Source of the DNA: an uncultured bacterium
GTDB taxonomy: Bacteria; Caldisericota; Caldisericia; B22-G15
NCBI GenBank assembly: GCA_965612865.1
Contig: CBFDTJ010000046.1
Coordinates: 1 to 11,199, forward strand
Length of the DNA: 11,199 nt
Reading direction: 5' to 3'
The notes beneath the pieces were generated by a model that saw only the letters and a list, made by a program, of their open reading frames with translations, ran no database searches and was not told where the DNA came from. Positions 8,603 through 11,199 of this stretch are shown one piece after another. Both the position numbers and the translations under genes were made by a program. The stretch's first letter is position 1. Every line of letters starts with the position of its first letter.

Positions 8603-10282
8603 TTACTCACTTCCTATTATTGTTATCCTTCCCTCAACTTTTGGTGATATGGGGGTATGGGCTCTTATATACTCTTCAAGAACTTCAGGAATGGTAATAG
8701 ATGTATCATATTTCTTATCCATTGGAAGATTCTTGAACATAAAGTAACCATCACCACCACCTGCCATCCAACTATTAATGGCAACAGTATACTCTTTATT
8801 CAAATCTAATGGTTCACCATTTACATAAACGTCTGAAACTCTTTCACCAGGAACAACAATTTCTCCCGTATCCATATCTATCTGTTGTGGTGTTTTACTA
8901 ACATCAATGGTGAATTTTAAACCGGAGACCTGAAGGAATGCACCTGAGACTACAGTTTTTGGATCTCTTGGATCATTTGGACCTATAAGCGCAGATGCAC
9001 CCCTTTCAAGGGCCTGTTTAAGAATACTTCCTTTAACTTTTACAAGAACAATAGAATTGCCAAATGGATGCATTTCAAGAAGAGTTTTTGTTGTTATAAC
9101 TCCCTTTGGATAGATCTTGTCTCCTCTTATCCCTCCACCATTGGTTACTGCTACATCAGTTCCAAATTTCCATCTGAAGGCATCAGTAAAGAGGTTTCCA
9201 ATAGCTGCCTCTTTCTTTCTTACTGTAATCTTTCTTGCGTCAAGGTCCACAAGAGATTCTCCTACTGGTGCAGGTGGGGGCATCTGATTAATAAAGTATG
9301 TTACAAGTTTATCAAGAAGAGGATCTTTTGGTACACTTTCATCTAAGAGATGAAGGCGCCATTTATAAGAGTATATACCTTTTCTATCCACTGCTATTTG
9401 AAGTTCACCAAGGTATGCTGCTCTTGCTCCATCCTGAACTATTATAGTTTCACCGCCACCTGGAGTCTTTACAATCACTGGTTCAGTAACGAGCGTATGT
9501 GAATGTCCACCAACTATCACATCTATACCATCTACCTTTGATGCTAAATCTTTATCTGCATCAATCCCAATATGAGTAAGTGCAATAATTACATCAACTC
9601 CTTCACTTTTAAGGGTAGATACCATATCTTTGGAAACTGAAACAAGATCTCCATTAACCTTTACTTTATCTCCAAGGTTTGTTATAACCGGAAGATTCGG
9701 TGTTATGAGTCCAAAAACACCTACTTTCAAACCCTTAACTTCAAAAATTGTATAGGGTTTAATTTTTCCTTCGAGTTTGGGTTCTTCACTTACATCAAGA
9801 TTTGCAGCAAGAACTGGTATTGTACAATAATCTAATGCTTCTCCAAACACTTCAGGTCCTTGATCAAACTCATGATTACCTGGAGTCCAGGCATCTGCTA
9901 TCATATCCCAAAACAAGGTTTCTGGAATTCCTTTAAATGCTCTGAAGAATGGACCAAGAAAATCATCGCCCGATGTAAGGAAAAGAACTCTCTTTCTGGA
10001 TTTTTTAAATTTTTTCACAAGATACCCAACTCTTGCAATTCCACCCACTGTTTTTTTAACCTTTTCACCCCCAATCCTAATCTTTGTTTCAAATTCTGTA
10101 ACCTGACTCTGAAGATCTGATGTTGTAAGTATAGTTAGATATTTAAGATAACCTTCCACAAGACGCGGTCCTTCAGACTGAGAAGCGATAGAAGTGTTTA
10201 CTGAAACTTTAATAGGTAGTAAACTCAGAGAAAACACAATTGCTAAAACAATCAACCCCTTAACTAAATTTCTTCTTTTCAT
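8603..10282 (-). CDS. Secreted 5'-nucleotidase / UDP-sugar hydrolase family protein (calcineurin-like metallophosphoesterase plus 5'-nucleotidase C-terminal domain)
   Basis: Motifs SGD, GNHEFD, ALTHIG, GGHSHT, then R..E..IGNL..DA, NGGGIRG, PFGN, FLQVSG and GGGDGY. N-terminal hydrophobic signal sequence. The start is probably ATG 10282 (559 aa), because the ORF-track GTG at 10288 is part of the SD AGGAGGTG. Confidence 0.93.
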   Translation of the reverse strand: MKRRNLVKGLIVLAIVFSLSLLPIKVSVNTSIASQSEGPRLVEGYLKYLTILTTSDLQSQVTEFETKIRIGGEKVKKTVGGIARVGYLVKKFKKSRKRVLFLTSGDDFLGPFFRAFKGIPETLFWDMIADAWTPGNHEFDQGPEVFGEALDYCTIPVLAANLDVSEEPKLEGKIKPYTIFEVKGLKVGVFGLITPNLPVITNLGDKVKVNGDLVSVSKDMVSTLKSEGVDVIIALTHIGIDADKDLASKVDGIDVIVGGHSHTLVTEPVIVKTPGGGETIIVQDGARAAYLGELQIAVDRKGIYSYKWRLHLLDESVPKDPLLDKLVTYFINQMPPPAPVGESLVDLDARKITVRKKEAAIGNLFTDAFRWKFGTDVAVTNGGGIRGDKIYPKGVITTKTLLEMHPFGNSIVLVKVKGSILKQALERGASALIGPNDPRDPKTVVSGAFLQVSGLKFTIDVSKTPQQIDMDTGEIVVPGERVSDVYVNGEPLDLNKEYTVAINSWMAGGGDGYFMFKNLPMDKKYDTSITIPEVLEEYIRAHTPISPKVEGRITIIGSE

Positions 10283-10285
10283 ACT

Positions 10286-10293
10286 CACCTCCT
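10286..10293 (-). promoter_or_regulatory. Shine-Dalgarno site for the 5'-nucleotidase
   Basis: The minus strand reads AGGAGGTG-AGT-ATG. Confidence 0.85.
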
Positions 10294-10315
10294 AAATTTT
10301 TATCTTCTAAAATAA

Positions 10316-10344
10316 ATTATATCACCTTAGTTAACATATGATAA
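10316..10344 (-). promoter_or_regulatory. Putative sigma70/SigA promoter for the 5'-nucleotidase
   Basis: The minus strand reads TTATCA-N17-TATAAT, with a TG extension (TGATATAAT, 10324-10316). The -10 is a perfect match and the -35 matches 4/6. Confidence 0.65.
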
Positions 10345-10347
10345 AAT
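10339..10347 (+). promoter_or_regulatory. Putative extended -10 promoter for tsaD
   Basis: TGATAAAAT (TGnTAAAAT) ends 8 nt before ATG 10356. The -35 is weak (ATATCA at 17-nt spacing). Confidence 0.45.
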
Positions 10348-10355
10348 TGAACTTG

Positions 10356-11133
10356 ATGAAAGTTTTAGGTATTGAGACCTCTTGTGATGATACATCAATG
10401 GGCGTTGTAGAAAACGGCAAATTAATCTCTATGGTGAGAACCTCTTCTGAAGAATTCCATATTAGGTATGGAGGAGTGGTTCCAGAAATTGCTGCAAGAA
10501 AACATCTTGAACTTTTTCCTTTTGTGTTGAGAGAAGTTTTAAGAAAAGGTAAATTGAAATTGAAAGATATTGAAGGAGTTTCTGTCACATTTGGTCCTGG
10601 CCTTGTAGGTTCCCTTCTTGTGGGAACTGAGCTTGCTAAGACTATCTCCCTTTTTTTAAAAAAGCCATTTGTTGGTGTAAATCACCTCGAAGGTCATATC
10701 TATTCAATTTTTTTCGAATACAAAATTGGGTTTCCTTTCCTGACACTTCTTATATCTGGTGGCCACACAGAAATTATTATGGTTCAGGATCATTTAAAGT
10801 ATAAAATAATTGCTACTACACTTGATGATGCATGTGGAGAGATAATTGACAAAGTAGGTAGAAGACTTGGTTTTTCATATCCAGCAGGGAAAGAGTTGGA
10901 TAAATTAGCATTAAAGGGAAATCCTAATAGATATAACTTTACTCTTCCAAAATTTAAAGATATAAAAAGAAAGTTCTCTTTTTCTTTCTCAGGCATGAAA
11001 ACCCAAGCATTAAATATTATAAATTCAAAGAATTTTGTCCTTGAGGATCTAATATCCAGTCTCTTTAAGGGGATAAGCGAAGAACTTCTGGATAGAATTA
11101 GATTAGTGTCCAAAGAAACAGGAATAACAAATA
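10356..11133 (+). CDS. tsaD: tRNA N6-adenosine threonylcarbamoyltransferase TsaD (Kae1/Gcp family), 3'-partial; absent from the ORF track
   Basis: Manual translation gives MKVLGIETSCDDTS...YGGVVPEIAARKH...GPGLVGSLLVG...VNHLEGH...LLISGGHT...TLDDACGE..DKVGR.LG..YPAG...FSFSGMKT. The frame has no stop and runs into the adapter at 11134. Alternative in-frame starts are ATG 10338 and TTG 10353. Confidence 0.97.
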
Positions 11134-11199
11134 CTGTCTCTTATACACATCTCCGAGCCCACGAGACTAGGCATGATATCGTATGCCGTCTTCTGCTTG
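11134..11199 (+). other. Illumina Nextera adapter read-through (technical artifact)
   Basis: CTGTCTCTTATACACATCT (Tn5 mosaic end, 11134-11152), CCGAGCCCACGAGAC (11153-11167), index TAGGCATG (11168-11175, N706 as I recall it) and ATaTCGTATGCCGTCTTCTGCTTG (P7 complement, one mismatch at 11178). Confidence 0.99.

Noticed and set aside
10286..10288. GTG at 10288 as the nucleotidase start
   Set aside because: It is part of the SD AGGAGGTG. ATG 10282 has suitable spacing.
9068..11113. Short ORFs 9068-9346(+), 9860-10120(+), 10331-10588(-) and 10790-11113(-)
   Set aside because: They are antisense shadows of the nucleotidase and tsaD.
10356..11133. tsaD as a pseudogene
   Set aside because: There is no internal stop or frameshift. 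The truncation coincides exactly with the adapter.
1..11133. Specific taxonomic assignment
   Set aside because: Low GC, Lys/Glu-rich proteins and the gene order suggest an anaerobic, possibly thermophilic Terrabacteria-type lineage, but naming it needs a database search or RpoD/DnaG phylogeny.
11134..11152. Tn5/IS50-like transposon end inserted in tsaD
   Set aside because: It is the synthetic mosaic end followed directly by Nextera read-2 primer, index and P7 sequence, so it is a library artifact.
1..11199. CRISPR array, tRNA/rRNA, riboswitch or T-box, tandem repeats
   Set aside because: The largest intergenic gap is 73 bp and I saw no periodic repeats by eye. Any glyQS T-box would lie upstream of the window. 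An Rfam or repeat scan would be the definitive check.

Overview
This is an AT-rich bacterial housekeeping region, probably the end of an assembled contig. A tightly packed + strand run reads glyS (5'-truncated), ppdK, dGTPase-like HD hydrolase, dnaG, rpoD/sigA and rimI. A perfect 32-bp palindrome (likely bidirectional terminator) follows, then a convergent secreted UshA-type 5'-nucleotidase on the - strand. After a 73-bp divergent promoter region comes a 3'-truncated tsaD that the ORF track missed. The last 66 bp (11134-11199) are not genomic: they are an untrimmed Illumina Nextera adapter with i7 index TAGGCATG. I see no convincing novel multi-gene system, CRISPR array, RNA gene or mobile element. 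The points most worth a second look are the nucleotidase splitting the usual rimI-tsaD adjacency, its DxH-to-DxQ metal-site variant and twin-arginine-like leader, the symmetric overlapping divergent promoters with a possibly leaderless tsaD, and two insertions in PPDK.
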